Positions 52,939 to 63,276 are shown, counted from the first letter of the stretch. The stretch is DNA of 64,000 nucleotides from Candidatus Portnoybacteria bacterium RBG_19FT_COMBO_36_7 (GCA_001819495.1 MHMW01000028.1:69398-133397); one strand, 5' to 3'. Notes: generated by a model from the letters alone, not told the origin. Translations and numbers: made by a program.

Positions 52939-55785
52939 ATGAAATATATGAATCTTCCCCAAATAGAGCAGAAAATCCTCAGGTTCTGGGATAAAAAGAA
53001 AATATTTTCCAAAAGTTTAGCTAAGACCAAAAAAGGGTCTCGTTTTGTTTTCTTTGAAGGCCCGCCGACCGCCAACGGTCTGCCTGGTCTGCATCATGTT
53101 GAAGCGCGGGCTTTTAAGGATATAATTCTCCGTTTCAAAACAATGCAGGGTTTTTTTGTTGAAAGGAAAGCCGGCTGGGACACTCATGGTCTGCCGGTTG
53201 AGATCGAAGTCGAAAAACAGCTCGGACTGAAAAGCAAAAAAGATATAGAAAAATACGGAATAGACAGATTCAATAAAAAATGCAAAGAAAGCGTCTGGCG
53301 CTACAAAAATGAATGGGAAAGAATGACCGCCCGCATGGCATTCTGGCTGGACATGAAAAATCCCTATGTCACTTATGAAAATTATTATATTGAAAGCGTC
53401 TGGCATATTTTGAAGGAGATCTTTGACAAAGGCCTGCTTTACAAAGGCCAGCGGGTAGTGCCTTATTGTCCAAGATGCGGCACGGCCTTGTCTTCTCATG
53501 AGGTCGCTTTGGGTTATGAAACAATTAAAGAGGCATCAATCTATTTTAAATTGCCGATCAAGGCCGAAAATTCTTCATATTTCTTAGTTTGGACAACGAC
53601 TCCCTGGACCCTGCCGGCCAATACGGCTTTGGCAGTCGGGGAAAACATAAATTACGTTAAGGTTAAGCTGGGCAAAGAAAAATATATTCTGGCCAGAGAG
53701 CGCCTCGGCGTTTTGCCGGAAGGCTATGAAATTGAAAGCGAATTTTTGGGCGGAGCGCTGGTTGGCCGGGAATACGAACCGCTCTATCCGATGAAACTGG
53801 ACAAACCCGGTTATAAAGTAGTGGCCGCCGATTTTGTTTCGGTGGAAGAGGGTACGGGTATTGTCCATATCGCTCCTTCGTTTGGTATCGAAGATATGGA
53901 ATTGGGCGAGAAAGAAAGCCTGCCTTCGGTGATGACAGTGGAGCTTGACGGAAATGTGACAAAGGGCTTGGGTATCCCCGGTGAAGGTAAGTTTGTCAAA
54001 GAAGCGGATGAGGACATAAAAGCGGATCTTAAAAAACGCAGGATGCTTTTCAAAGAAGAAATGTACGAACATGAATATCCTTTTTGCTGGAGATGCGATA
54101 CCCCTTTAATTTATTACGCCAAAATTTCCTGGTTTATAAAAATGTCTTCTGTCAGGCAGAAGCTTTTGCAGAACAACGAAGAGATCAATTGGGAGCCGGC
54201 GCATTTGAAACGGGGGCGTTTTGGGGAATGGCTGAGGGAAGCCAAAGACTGGAATTTATCGCGGGAAAGATTTTGGGGCACACCCCTGCCCATTTGGGAA
54301 TGCGAAAAATGCCATCAATTAAAAGCCATAGGCAGCATCAGGGAACTGGGTAAAAAATTAAAAGATCTGCACCGTCCGCATATAGATAAAATAACTTTTT
54401 CTTGTCCAAGATGCAGCGGAGCAATGAAGCGGGTGCCATATGTTATTGACTGCTGGTTTGATTCTGGCTCCATGCCGTTTGCCCAATGGCATTATCCGTT
54501 TGAGAAAAATAATAAGATCGAGGAAGGCGAAGCTTTTCCGGCCGATTATATCTGCGAAGCGGTTGATCAGACGCGCGGCTGGTTCTATACTTTGCTGGCC
54601 ATTTCAACTTTGCTAGGCAAGGGAACTTCCTATAAAAATGTGATCTGCCTGGGCCACGTTCTGGACGCCAAAGGCCAGAAAATGTCAAAGTCCAAAGGCA
54701 ATATCATTATGCCTCTGGACGTCATCAATCAATTTGGTTCAGACACGGTGCGCTGGTATCTTTACACGATAAATCAGGCAGGCGAGCCCAAGCGATTTGA
54801 TCTGAAAGACGTTAAAGATAAATTTAACCGGTTTTTTGGCACGCTTTACAACACATTTATATTTTTTCAAACCTATACAGGCAGATCTTTCAGGCCGGCA
54901 AAAAATTATAAACCAAAAAATATTTTGGACAGATGGATCATTTCTTTACTGAACTCTCGGATCATAAAAATGACTGACGGCCTTGAGCATTATGATGTGG
55001 TGACGGCGGCCAGATCCTTTGAAAGTTTCATTGACGATCTTTCCAACTGGTATGTGCGAAGATCGCGCCGCCGATTCCAGAAGCCCGAAAACGAAAAAGA
55101 AAAAAATGAAGCGGCCCAGACGCTCTATTATGTTCTCGTCAATCTATCAAAGCTGGCCGCGCCTTTTATTCCTTTCATTGCCGAAGAGATCTACCTGAAT
55201 TTAAAAAAGTCAAAAATGCCCGAATCAGTTCATCTTTGCGACTGGCCCCAAGCGGACAAAAAATCCATCAATAAAAATCTTGAGGGGGAAATGGCAGCAG
55301 TCAGAGAAATTGCCGCGCTGGCCCTGGCGGAGCGGGCGGGTGCCGGAATTAAAGTCCGCCAGCCACTTAATCAGTTAAAAGTTAAAAGTTCAAAGTTAAA
55401 AGCTGACAAAGAGCTGCTTGAGCTCATCAAGGACGAAGTTAATGTCAAAGAAATTATTTTTGAGGAAACTTTGAAGGGCGAGATTAAACTGGACAAAAAA
55501 ATAACCAAAGAGCTGAAAGAAGAAGGAATGTCCAGAGAGCTTATTCGTTCTGTCCAAGACATGAGAAGACAGCTGGGTTTAACGCGCAAAGACAGTATTT
55601 TGATAAATTTCCAATACCCAGTTTCCAATAACCAATTAAAAAAATTGATTGATAATTGGGCCGGATTCATAAAAAAAGAGACTTTATCGCGGGAGCTGAC
55701 CATCGGCCAGAAAATTAAATTTGATCAGGAAAAAGAAATTGAACTGGAGGGAAATAAAATAAAGGTCGGCATAAATAAAATATAA
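52939..55785 (+). CDS. ileS: isoleucine--tRNA ligase
   Basis: HIGH-type PGLHHV, KMSKS, editing domain, C-terminal zinc CxxC pairs; 948 aa. Confidence 0.95.
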   Translation: MKYMNLPQIEQKILRFWDKKKIFSKSLAKTKKGSRFVFFEGPPTANGLPGLHHVEARAFKDIILRFKTMQGFFVERKAGWDTHGLPVEIEVEKQLGLKSKKDIEKYGIDRFNKKCKESVWRYKNEWERMTARMAFWLDMKNPYVTYENYYIESVWHILKEIFDKGLLYKGQRVVPYCPRCGTALSSHEVALGYETIKEASIYFKLPIKAENSSYFLVWTTTPWTLPANTALAVGENINYVKVKLGKEKYILARERLGVLPEGYEIESEFLGGALVGREYEPLYPMKLDKPGYKVVAADFVSVEEGTGIVHIAPSFGIEDMELGEKESLPSVMTVELDGNVTKGLGIPGEGKFVKEADEDIKADLKKRRMLFKEEMYEHEYPFCWRCDTPLIYYAKISWFIKMSSVRQKLLQNNEEINWEPAHLKRGRFGEWLREAKDWNLSRERFWGTPLPIWECEKCHQLKAIGSIRELGKKLKDLHRPHIDKITFSCPRCSGAMKRVPYVIDCWFDSGSMPFAQWHYPFEKNNKIEEGEAFPADYICEAVDQTRGWFYTLLAISTLLGKGTSYKNVICLGHVLDAKGQKMSKSKGNIIMPLDVINQFGSDTVRWYLYTINQAGEPKRFDLKDVKDKFNRFFGTLYNTFIFFQTYTGRSFRPAKNYKPKNILDRWIISLLNSRIIKMTDGLEHYDVVTAARSFESFIDDLSNWYVRRSRRRFQKPENEKEKNEAAQTLYYVLVNLSKLAAPFIPFIAEEIYLNLKKSKMPESVHLCDWPQADKKSINKNLEGEMAAVREIAALALAERAGAGIKVRQPLNQLKVKSSKLKADKELLELIKDEVNVKEIIFEETLKGEIKLDKKITKELKEEGMSRELIRSVQDMRRQLGLTRKDSILINFQYPVSNNQLKKLIDNWAGFIKKETLSRELTIGQKIKFDQEKEIELEGNKIKVGINKI
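55374..55401. repeat. heptamer array embedded in ileS (GTTAAAA GTTAAAA GTTCAAA GTTAAAA), preceded by a GC hairpin
   Basis: 4 units encoding LKVKSSKLK; upstream GGCGG ... CCGCC. Confidence 0.55.
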
Positions 55786-55859
55786 ATTCACCCCGTTAAA
55801 TAAAAATCTAGAAGATTTTTAATTTGCTCTGCAAATTATTTAACAGGGTAAATAATTTC

Positions 55860-56993
55860 ATGAAAAAGATATTCATAATTTCTGCAGCGATTTTAATTCT
55901 GATTCCTTTTGCTGCTTCAGCCGCGCTTATTGAAAAAGATACCAGCTATACTCTGTCAAAAGAAAAGACTGTCGCAACCAACGTTTATGCCATGGGCAGC
56001 AGTATTATGTTTTTGGGCAATGCCAGCGAGGATCTGCTGGCAGTGGGAGGCACGATAGTTGTTTCTGGTAATGTCAGCAAAGATTTGAGTCTGGCCGGCG
56101 GCACCATTAATATTTCGGGCGAAACAGGAGAAGATGTCCGGGTGGGTGGCGGAACGATAAACCTGGACGGAAAAGTCGGGGGCGAACTGGCGGCTTTGGG
56201 CGGGCAAATTATTATCGGGCCGGGTGCTGAGGTAAAAAAAGACAGCTATATAATCGGCGGCAATATCCTGATAAACGGACATCTGGGGCAATATCTGGTG
56301 ATCAAAGGCGAAACAGTGACAATAGATGGCGTGATTGACGGAAGCGTCAAGATCACAGCCAGCGAAAAAATTACCATTGGCAGCAGCGCTCAGATAAAAG
56401 GAGCCCTGGACTACAGCGCACCGCATCGAGCAGAGATTGAGGAAGGTGCCAAGATCAGCGGAGCCGTCACATATAAGCAGTATATTGTGCCAAAAACCGG
56501 GGTAAAAACCAAAGGAGCTTTCATCCTCTGGATGCTGGTAAAAGGATTGATGGTTTTGCTGGCGGCGGTTGTTGTTTCTTTGCTCATTAAAAAACAAACG
56601 CAGGCGGCTGTACGATACGCCCTGCCTAATTTTGGCAAAGAGCTTCTGCGGGGTTTTATCATTCTGGTCGTTCTGCCGGTGGCGGTAATTATTTCCTTTA
56701 TAACAGTATTTGGTGGAATTCTGGGAGGCGCCGCTTTGCTTCTTTATATTACGATGGCGTTCTTTGGGGCAATTTTGTCGCCGATAATTTTGGGTGCGCT
56801 TTTGGCAAAATATATTTTTAAGCAGACAAATTTTGAAGGAGACTGGAAATCCGCGATTTTGGGTTCGGTTGTTTGGGGCGCTTTATATTTTGTTCCGTAT
56901 ATTGGGAAAACGGTATGTTTCGTATTTTTCCTGGCGGCATTCGGCACTCTCTTTAACTTCCTTTATAAACATTTCAGAGAGGCAGAAAAATAA
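55860..56993 (+). CDS. bactofilin-like repeat domain fused to a multi-TM C-terminal region (hypothetical)
   Basis: signal peptide; repeated GGTI(N/V)xSG(E/N) beta-helix-like units typical of bactofilin/DUF583; then 5-6 TM helices; start at 55860 preferred. Confidence 0.5.
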   Translation: MKKIFIISAAILILIPFAASAALIEKDTSYTLSKEKTVATNVYAMGSSIMFLGNASEDLLAVGGTIVVSGNVSKDLSLAGGTINISGETGEDVRVGGGTINLDGKVGGELAALGGQIIIGPGAEVKKDSYIIGGNILINGHLGQYLVIKGETVTIDGVIDGSVKITASEKITIGSSAQIKGALDYSAPHRAEIEEGAKISGAVTYKQYIVPKTGVKTKGAFILWMLVKGLMVLLAAVVVSLLIKKQTQAAVRYALPNFGKELLRGFIILVVLPVAVIISFITVFGGILGGAALLLYITMAFFGAILSPIILGALLAKYIFKQTNFEGDWKSAILGSVVWGALYFVPYIGKTVCFVFFLAAFGTLFNFLYKHFREAEK

Positions 56994-57111
56994 AGAATAT
57001 GGAAAAAATCGCTTCCAAAAGAGGCGGTTTTTTCATTTGCTGGAGCCATTGGACAATGCTCAAGGCAGGCCGTCTGATGAATTGTTAGAGCCGCCAAAAA
57101 ATAGTATAATT

Positions 57112-57792
57112 ATGATAATGAAAAAAACATTTTATCTTTTTATTTTTATGGCTTTGGCAGGTCTTTTCCTGGCCGGCCAGGCCCAGGCTCATCAGCCCAG
57201 AATAGTTTCTGGCCAGGAAACAGCGGTCCAAAACCCGGAAATCTCCCAGGCTTTTTACGGCGAGCTGAAAGGCCAGCCGCAGTTGTTTGAAATTAATTCT
57301 GAAAATGATTTTGTCCTTTACGTCAATATTTTGGTGCCTGATCTGCCCGGTGCGAACAAGGGAATCAAGGCGGATATATATAGGATAGAAAACGGGGATC
57401 AGCAGCTGGTCGCAGAACTGGGCGGCGAAAATTTTGACTGGAGTAAATTTTTTGAGCCGTTCGGCGGGGACAGCTACTTAAAAGGCCCGGAATATAGAGA
57501 ACAGGCGGAGAAAGGCAGATATTTGGTCAGCGTTTCTAGCAGCCAGAACTCAGGCAAATATTCTCTGGCCATCGGCTCGCAGGAATCATTTCCGCTTAAA
57601 GAAATTTTAAAGACGATAGCGCTCCTGCCGGTTTTAAAAATGGATTTTTTTGAAAGATCTCCCTTAACCGCCTATTTTAACTACACCGGCCTTTTTTTGC
57701 TGGGAACTCTGATAATTTTGTTTCTGGCCATATTTTTGGTTATTAAGCTTGCCAAAAAATTAAGGAAAAAAGACAACCCTGTTACTTTTTGA
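57112..57792 (+). CDS. secreted protein with C-terminal membrane anchor (hypothetical)
   Basis: start MIMKKTFYLFIFMALAGLFLAGQAQA signal peptide after TAGTATAAT; the tracked longer ORF N-terminus overlaps the upstream gene and is rejected. Confidence 0.5.
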   Translation: MIMKKTFYLFIFMALAGLFLAGQAQAHQPRIVSGQETAVQNPEISQAFYGELKGQPQLFEINSENDFVLYVNILVPDLPGANKGIKADIYRIENGDQQLVAELGGENFDWSKFFEPFGGDSYLKGPEYREQAEKGRYLVSVSSSQNSGKYSLAIGSQESFPLKEILKTIALLPVLKMDFFERSPLTAYFNYTGLFLLGTLIILFLAIFLVIKLAKKLRKKDNPVTF

Positions 57793-57814
57793 TGGTTATT
57801 TCGTTCTAAATTAT

Positions 57815-58345
57815 ATGAAAAAGACTATTTTAATTTTGATCACCGTGGCGGTCTTGGGGGTCGCGGTCTGGGTCTATTTAAAGCAGACAAATAGTCTGCC
57901 TTTTGACAGCCAGCCGCTGCAAAGCAATTCAGAAGACCAGTCAGGCGATCAGAGACAGTTGGATATCTACAATAACGACGAATTTTTTCCTGAGCCAGAG
58001 CCCGGCCAAAAAGAGCTGACACCCGAGGAATTTGTCAGAAACTATCTGGAGGCCTATAAAAATATCGCGACAAAAAAGAATTTTGCCGAGGTAAAAAATT
58101 TTTTGACTTCCGACGCCCTGATTTTCATGCAAAGTGAAGGAGTGCCGCTGGAAACCAATTATACCAGCTTTGACAGCTTTGAGGTTCTAGATGTGGAAAA
58201 TTTGGGCAATCATTACGTTTCAAAAGTAAAGCTGTCCGGTAACGGACAGCTTTTGAAAAATCCTGATGGCGGCGAAGCAATCGAAATAGATTTCATCAGG
58301 CAGGGGGAAAATTTCAAGGCAGAAACCTGGTATTTCACCCAATAA
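57815..58345 (+). CDS. membrane-anchored hypothetical protein
   Basis: N-terminal TM helix; 176 aa. Confidence 0.5.
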   Translation: MKKTILILITVAVLGVAVWVYLKQTNSLPFDSQPLQSNSEDQSGDQRQLDIYNNDEFFPEPEPGQKELTPEEFVRNYLEAYKNIATKKNFAEVKNFLTSDALIFMQSEGVPLETNYTSFDSFEVLDVENLGNHYVSKVKLSGNGQLLKNPDGGEAIEIDFIRQGENFKAETWYFTQ

Positions 58346-58367
58346 ATAAAAAATAAATTAAAAAAAT

Positions 58368-59180
58368 ATGAAAAATATTCATCAGACAAACCGGGGTTTC
58401 CAAAAAATTCTGACAATAATGTTGACGGTCATCATTGCTTCGCTGGCCATTGCCGGCGGCGCCTATGCTTATAAAATATGGATAGTACCGGCAATGAATC
58501 AGCCAAGAGCAGAAGATAACAGCCAGCTGATCGGCGGGCAAAAAGACGAACATGGCTGTCTGATCGCGGCTGGCTATTCCTGGTGCGAGGCGAAACAAAA
58601 ATGTCTGCGAACCTGGGAAGAGCCATGCGTTTTTTTATCCGACGAGCAGGGCATCAGGCAGGCGTTTGCAGAAAAGTACAGCAAGATAACTTCGGATATA
58701 AATTTAAACATTTCTCAAAATGACGGAGCTTTTGCTAAGGGCTCGGTGGTATTTGGTCAGGGCGGACCGGGCGAAGGCGGCTATTTCTTCGCTTATAAAA
58801 AGGATGAAAAATGGGAAATTGCGGCTGATGGCAACGGTTCTGTTTCCTGCCGGTATCTGAAATATTACGGTTTTCCCGAAAGCATGACAGAGAATTTCTG
58901 TTACAATTCTGAAACAGTCAATGATTTTTCAGAGACCGGCAATTTGGTTGTGCGGGCAGGGGAATCGCCGGCTAGCTCATGGGTACTGGTCTATGAGGAG
59001 GCAGGCCAGCCGGCGTTATCCGTAAATTTATTCTTTACCCAAGACAGCTTCTGCAATTTTGGTTCCGGCGCCCAGCCGTGTCTTGAGCCCCAATTTAGCC
59101 AGGGCCAGCGCGCCAGGGTTGAAGGCTGGTTTTCCTCGCAGGGAAACGTGATGGTGAAAGACCTTATCATTATCAAATAA
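58368..59180 (+). CDS. membrane-anchored hypothetical protein (Cys-containing extracytoplasmic domain)
   Basis: N-terminal TM helix; 270 aa. Confidence 0.5.
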   Translation: MKNIHQTNRGFQKILTIMLTVIIASLAIAGGAYAYKIWIVPAMNQPRAEDNSQLIGGQKDEHGCLIAAGYSWCEAKQKCLRTWEEPCVFLSDEQGIRQAFAEKYSKITSDINLNISQNDGAFAKGSVVFGQGGPGEGGYFFAYKKDEKWEIAADGNGSVSCRYLKYYGFPESMTENFCYNSETVNDFSETGNLVVRAGESPASSWVLVYEEAGQPALSVNLFFTQDSFCNFGSGAQPCLEPQFSQGQRARVEGWFSSQGNVMVKDLIIIK

Positions 59181-59191
59181 ATAATTTTTAA

Positions 59192-59764
59192 ATGTTGCAG
59201 CTCGAGGAACAAAATTTGATCAGGGAATGCGCGCAGGGAGATCTGGAGAAGTTCGGGGCGCTCTATGATATTTACGCCGACAAAATCTACCGCTATGTCT
59301 TTTATCGGGTGCGCCATAAAGAAACTGCAGAGGATTTAGTCAGCCAGGCATTTTTCAAAGCGCTGGAAGGAATAAGAAGTTTTAATGCAGACAAAGGTAA
59401 TTTTTCTGCGTGGCTCTATCGGATTGCCAGGAATAGCCTGATTGATCACTGGAGAAAACAAAAAGCTCATTTCAATATAGATGATTTATGGAGCGTGAGC
59501 TCCCAAGAAGATCTGGAAAGCAAAGCTTCAGTTAAAGAAAAGATCGGCAAGGTCAAGGAATTTCTGGCAAAACTGGAAAGCTCCCAGCGCGAGATTATCG
59601 TGATGAGGATCTGGGACGGCATGACGCACAAAGAAATATCGCAAATTCTTGGCAGGAGCGAGGCAAGCGTCAAAATGAACTTTTCGCGGGCTATAGCCAA
59701 ATTGAGAAAAGAAGAAATTCTGGCGCTGATTGCCTTTGGCATTCTTTTAAATCAGATAATTTAG
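59192..59764 (+). CDS. ECF-type RNA polymerase sigma-70 factor
   Basis: region 2 YRYVFYRVRHKETAEDLVSQAFFKAL and region 4 HTH EISQILGRSEASVKMNFSRAIAKLR. Confidence 0.8.
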   Translation: MLQLEEQNLIRECAQGDLEKFGALYDIYADKIYRYVFYRVRHKETAEDLVSQAFFKALEGIRSFNADKGNFSAWLYRIARNSLIDHWRKQKAHFNIDDLWSVSSQEDLESKASVKEKIGKVKEFLAKLESSQREIIVMRIWDGMTHKEISQILGRSEASVKMNFSRAIAKLRKEEILALIAFGILLNQII

Positions 59765-59854
59765 CTGGATTGTTGGCAGAGCGAGGGATCTCTGATCCGA
59801 CTCCTCGAGCGGAAAAGAGATTTCTCGCTTTGTAAACAATTAACATCGAGGAAA

Positions 59855-61366
59855 ATGATGAAACTTAATCAGGAACAATTGAAAAAAATTCTGGAAGATC
59901 TTTATGCAGTTGACGAAAATCTTCGGCATTATGAAAAAGAACTTGTGCAGATAATTTGCGATATTGTTGAATTGAAACCCGAAGTCAAATTTGACGAAAA
60001 TTTCAGATTGCAGCTCAGAGCGCAATTGATGGAACGGGCGGTCCAATTGGCGCAGGAAAAATCAGTTCAGCCGGCCGGCTCTCTGCTTTCTTGGAAGTTT
60101 TCTTATGTCCTGGCCGGGGCCCTGGCGCTCGCCGTTCTGGTTTTTGGAGGCGGATATCTCGCCCAAAAACAGGGGATAATTGAATTTCCGAAAACGAGCT
60201 TACTTGAGCAAAGCGAAGAGCCGTTTGCTTTTAAAAAATTATCCGTTTCCGATAATGCTTTTGGTTCGCTCAAAGGCGACCAGGCAGTAACTCAGGCCGC
60301 AAGCGGCGTTGGTGGCGGCGGAGGCGCCAGAACCGAGAGCGGCGGCGGGGATGGTTCAAGTTCAATCGCGCCAACTTATGGGCTTGGCGGCGGCGGAATG
60401 ACGTATCCTGGCGTCTATTACAGGTATGTTTATAAAGGCGAGCCGCTGGAACTGGCAAACAGCGAAATTGAGGTTTTGCGCCGCGTCGGCTTTGACCAAA
60501 ATATTTCTTCTTTTGGCAGCCTCTTAAAAAGCTTTGGCCTTGGCATGGTTAATATGGACAGTTTTAGTTCGCTTAAAGTGCAGAATGTCAATCTGGCCGA
60601 AGACAGGGATTTTGGTTATTTTATCTCGGCTAATGTTCAGGAAGGTTCAGTTTATATTTCGCAGAATTGGCTGAAGTGGCCCCAGCCTTATAAATTATGC
60701 GTGGGAGAATCAACTTTGTGTGTTGAGCAAAGCCGCGTCAAAATTTCCGATGTCTTGCCAGACAGCGAAGTGATAAAGATTGCCCGGGATTTTATTAAAG
60801 CCCACGGCATTAATCTTGTTTCCTACGGCGAGCCGGAAATAACTGATGCTTGGCGCGTTGAATATGAAAAAACGGCTGACAAAAGCCAGTTTTACATTCC
60901 CGAATCCTCCAACGTGCTTTTTCCGCTAAAAGTCAACGGCCAATTCGTTTATGACGAAGGCGGATTTAAAACCGGCATGAATTTGAGCGTTGATTACAGG
61001 CAGAAAAAAGTTTCGGGAGCCGCCAACATCACTTCCCAGACCTACCAGGCCTCAAATTATCCGGCGGAAACTGACAGCGCCAAAATCTTGAAGCTGGTTG
61101 AGCAGGGCGGAAATTATTACTGGGGCTATCCTATGGCCGAGAGAGTGGCAGGCAGCGAGGAAAAAATAATTGAGGTTGGCACGCCGACAAGGCAGTATGT
61201 GCTTTATTCAAACTACAGCAACAATCAGGTAAATTTTCTTCTCGTGCCTTCGCTGGTATTTCCGATAACTAAAACGCCCGATGACACAAACTATTTCTAT
61301 CAGAAAAATATCGTGGTGCCTCTGGCCAGAGAGCTCTTAGATCAGCGTTTGGTGCCGATGCAGTAG
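59855..61366 (+). CDS. putative anti-sigma factor (single TM, large extracytoplasmic domain)
   Basis: follows the ECF sigma gene; cytoplasmic N-domain of about 90 aa, TM VLAGALALAVLVFGG, Gly-rich linker, about 350-aa external domain. Confidence 0.45.
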   Translation: MMKLNQEQLKKILEDLYAVDENLRHYEKELVQIICDIVELKPEVKFDENFRLQLRAQLMERAVQLAQEKSVQPAGSLLSWKFSYVLAGALALAVLVFGGGYLAQKQGIIEFPKTSLLEQSEEPFAFKKLSVSDNAFGSLKGDQAVTQAASGVGGGGGARTESGGGDGSSSIAPTYGLGGGGMTYPGVYYRYVYKGEPLELANSEIEVLRRVGFDQNISSFGSLLKSFGLGMVNMDSFSSLKVQNVNLAEDRDFGYFISANVQEGSVYISQNWLKWPQPYKLCVGESTLCVEQSRVKISDVLPDSEVIKIARDFIKAHGINLVSYGEPEITDAWRVEYEKTADKSQFYIPESSNVLFPLKVNGQFVYDEGGFKTGMNLSVDYRQKKVSGAANITSQTYQASNYPAETDSAKILKLVEQGGNYYWGYPMAERVAGSEEKIIEVGTPTRQYVLYSNYSNNQVNFLLVPSLVFPITKTPDDTNYFYQKNIVVPLARELLDQRLVPMQ

Positions 61367-61417
61367 AACAATTAAAAAAGGCTAATCAAATTGATTAGCC
61401 TTTTTGTGTTGAATGAT

Positions 61418-62272
61418 CTAATAGCTCCAAACTCCAAGATCAACGATTCTGAACCCTATCAGTTTGCCGCAGTAGTCAGAAGGGTCATAGCTTGGCGGTT
61501 CAGGAAGCTTTTGGGCAAAATAATAATCAACGTTGAAATACCGGCTGTACATCTTGCTGATAAGCAGGTGATGATAGTCCCCGTGATTTTTTGCCCGAAA
61601 AAGCGCCATGCCTATGTCGTGGCCGAATTTTGCCTCCTTGGCGTCGTTGTCAATTTCAACCTTATAACTTGGTCCGGGAGCCGGTCCGCTTTTGCCTAAG
61701 GGATGCATATGGAAGGTAAAAATATGAGGCCTGGCGAAATCCGAAAAAGGCAGGATATAAGAAGCTTCTGCCCCGTCTCTTTCTTCAATGATGCTGCTTG
61801 GGATGGCCTCAAGCAAAATTTGGCCGTTTTTGAGCAGGCCAAGGCCACCGGGCTCATAAAAATTGCCTTCTTTGTAGTTGTTGATGATTTGGGCAATCTG
61901 TTTTACTAGATTTCCGTTTTCCAGCGCGTCAAAGATAAGATATATGCGCGCCATCTGGGGCAGGGAAAGCTCAAAGATTGATTGTGGTTCGGCTGAAAGC
62001 GAGCAGGGAAGCCGGGCGTGGAAGCGGGTCAGGGGCTTAATCTTTGTGTATAAATCCTGCTTGGCTTTCTGTATATCAAAAAAAAATGCTTTCATATCTT
62101 TTCTGTCTTTGATGCCTTCAAAAAAATACTGGGTGTTTTCAATCGCTTTCTGGGCTGGTGCGGGCGGCAGGAGCGTTGCAAAAGACAGTTCTTCCGCGCT
62201 CGAGAATTGCGCCGATATCGCAAAAACGATCTGAACCAGAAAGATCAGAAAAAAAGCGATTTTTTTTCTCAT
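61418..62272 (-). CDS. secreted hypothetical protein
   Basis: signal peptide MRKKIAFFLIFLVQIVFAISA; 284 aa. Confidence 0.5.
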   Translation of the reverse strand: MRKKIAFFLIFLVQIVFAISAQFSSAEELSFATLLPPAPAQKAIENTQYFFEGIKDRKDMKAFFFDIQKAKQDLYTKIKPLTRFHARLPCSLSAEPQSIFELSLPQMARIYLIFDALENGNLVKQIAQIINNYKEGNFYEPGGLGLLKNGQILLEAIPSSIIEERDGAEASYILPFSDFARPHIFTFHMHPLGKSGPAPGPSYKVEIDNDAKEAKFGHDIGMALFRAKNHGDYHHLLISKMYSRYFNVDYYFAQKLPEPPSYDPSDYCGKLIGFRIVDLGVWSY

Positions 62273-62364
62273 TTTATCCTCCTTTCAGGAATTTTTGGAA
62301 AAGAACTTGTTTTCTGAAATTAGCAGAAAAACGGCTAAAAATCAAGACTCTTGCCCCGAAGTGA

Positions 62365-62425
62365 AATTTCGGCTGTTCTGCCACAGGCGGACCAAAATAA
62401 AAAAATGCCGAAATTCTACTGCGGA
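62365..62425. repeat. palindromic element copy 5 (…CCCGAAGTGAAATTTCGGCTGTTCTGCC…AAAATA…GCCGAAATTCTACTGCGG)
   Basis: aligns to copy 3 across the GTGAAAWTTCG, CTGCC, AAAATA and CGAAWTTCTACT blocks. Confidence 0.65.
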
Positions 62426-62544
62426 GCTTTACTTTTTTGGCATTGCGTGTTATTTATAATATCAAAAACTGCACCTTAAAAAATAAAAAAGAGTCTCCTT
62501 CGTCCCGCTCAGCTGGACGATGGATGACTAAAGGAGGGATAAAG

Positions 62545-62997
62545 ATGAAAAAGATAGCTCTGGTTTTCTTGAGCGGATTGGTTTTTGTTATGATTTTGGC
62601 CTTTCAGGGGCAGGCGGAATTTGAAGGAAAGATGAAAAATATTAGGATGATTCTGTCTTTTTTGGAGGCACAGAACGTTACCATGAACAATATGATTAAT
62701 TTTATAATGGAGGCTCTGCCTCAAAACTCTGTGGCGTTTGTTGAGTCAGTTGCTATAAAAATATTGTTGGAAGAAGAGCAGGTTTTGATTTCCAAATCCC
62801 AGAAGCTCCTGGATGAAATAGAACAAAACAAAGAAAAAGGAGAGAGCGGAATGAAATATTTCAATACCAAAACAGCAGAGCTTCGGGCAAACATGGCCAA
62901 GATCATGAATATCCATATTAAAGTGATCGACTCTCTGGATGAAAAATTTGATTATCTGCTTAAGGAATCGGCAAAAGGAAAAGAAACACCGGTTTAA
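62545..62997 (+). CDS. small secreted protein (hypothetical)
   Basis: ATG 7 nt after AAAGGAGGG; signal peptide MKKIALVFLSGLVFVMILAFQGQA; start of the tracked ORF at 62437 is a TTG inside the repeat element. Confidence 0.5.
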   Translation: MKKIALVFLSGLVFVMILAFQGQAEFEGKMKNIRMILSFLEAQNVTMNNMINFIMEALPQNSVAFVESVAIKILLEEEQVLISKSQKLLDEIEQNKEKGESGMKYFNTKTAELRANMAKIMNIHIKVIDSLDEKFDYLLKESAKGKETPV

Positions 62998-63012
62998 AAG
63001 AAAGGGGGTATC

Positions 63013-63276
63013 ATGAAAAAAGGACAACTTATTTTACAGTCGGACGAAAACTTGCTGGAAATATTGATAACAGCAGCCATTAATCAGGGGCAGTGTCAGG
63101 CGTTGAAATCTATGATTTTTCAGCTTGGCCAGAAGTTTCCCAAAGAAGCGGAATTTAACCTTAAATTATTAGCAGAGAATATCAAAGCGATTGAAACGAT
63201 AATCAAAGAAGACCTTATATATTTGTGCAAGGCCGAAATTATCGGGCGAATTAAAAAAAGCCAAGTAACAGCCTAG
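63013..63276 (+). CDS. hypothetical protein
   Basis: RBS AAAGGGGG upstream; 87 aa. Confidence 0.45.
   Translation: MKKGQLILQSDENLLEILITAAINQGQCQALKSMIFQLGQKFPKEAEFNLKLLAENIKAIETIIKEDLIYLCKAEIIGRIKKSQVTA

Noticed and set aside
53017-54072. Several 80-160-aa minus-strand ORFs inside ileS
   Set aside because: They are antisense to a 948-aa CDS with all class I synthetase motifs. They have no RBS or motifs.
56794-57111. N-terminal 106 codons of ORF 56794-57792
   Set aside because: It overlaps the 3' end of the upstream gene in another frame. A signal-peptide start (MIMKKTFYLF...) after a TAGTATAAT box at 57112 is far more plausible.
61418-62272. JAMM/MPN metalloprotease motif in the secreted protein (FTFHMHPLGKSGPAPGPSYKVEID)
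   Set aside because: The HxH ... S ... D spacing does not fit the canonical HxHx7Sx2D, and no upstream Glu is in place. It is kept as a hypothetical secreted protein.
62437-62544. TTG start of ORF 62437-62997
   Set aside because: The TTG lies inside palindromic element copy 5. The downstream ATG at 62545 has an AAAGGAGGG RBS and begins a canonical signal peptide.
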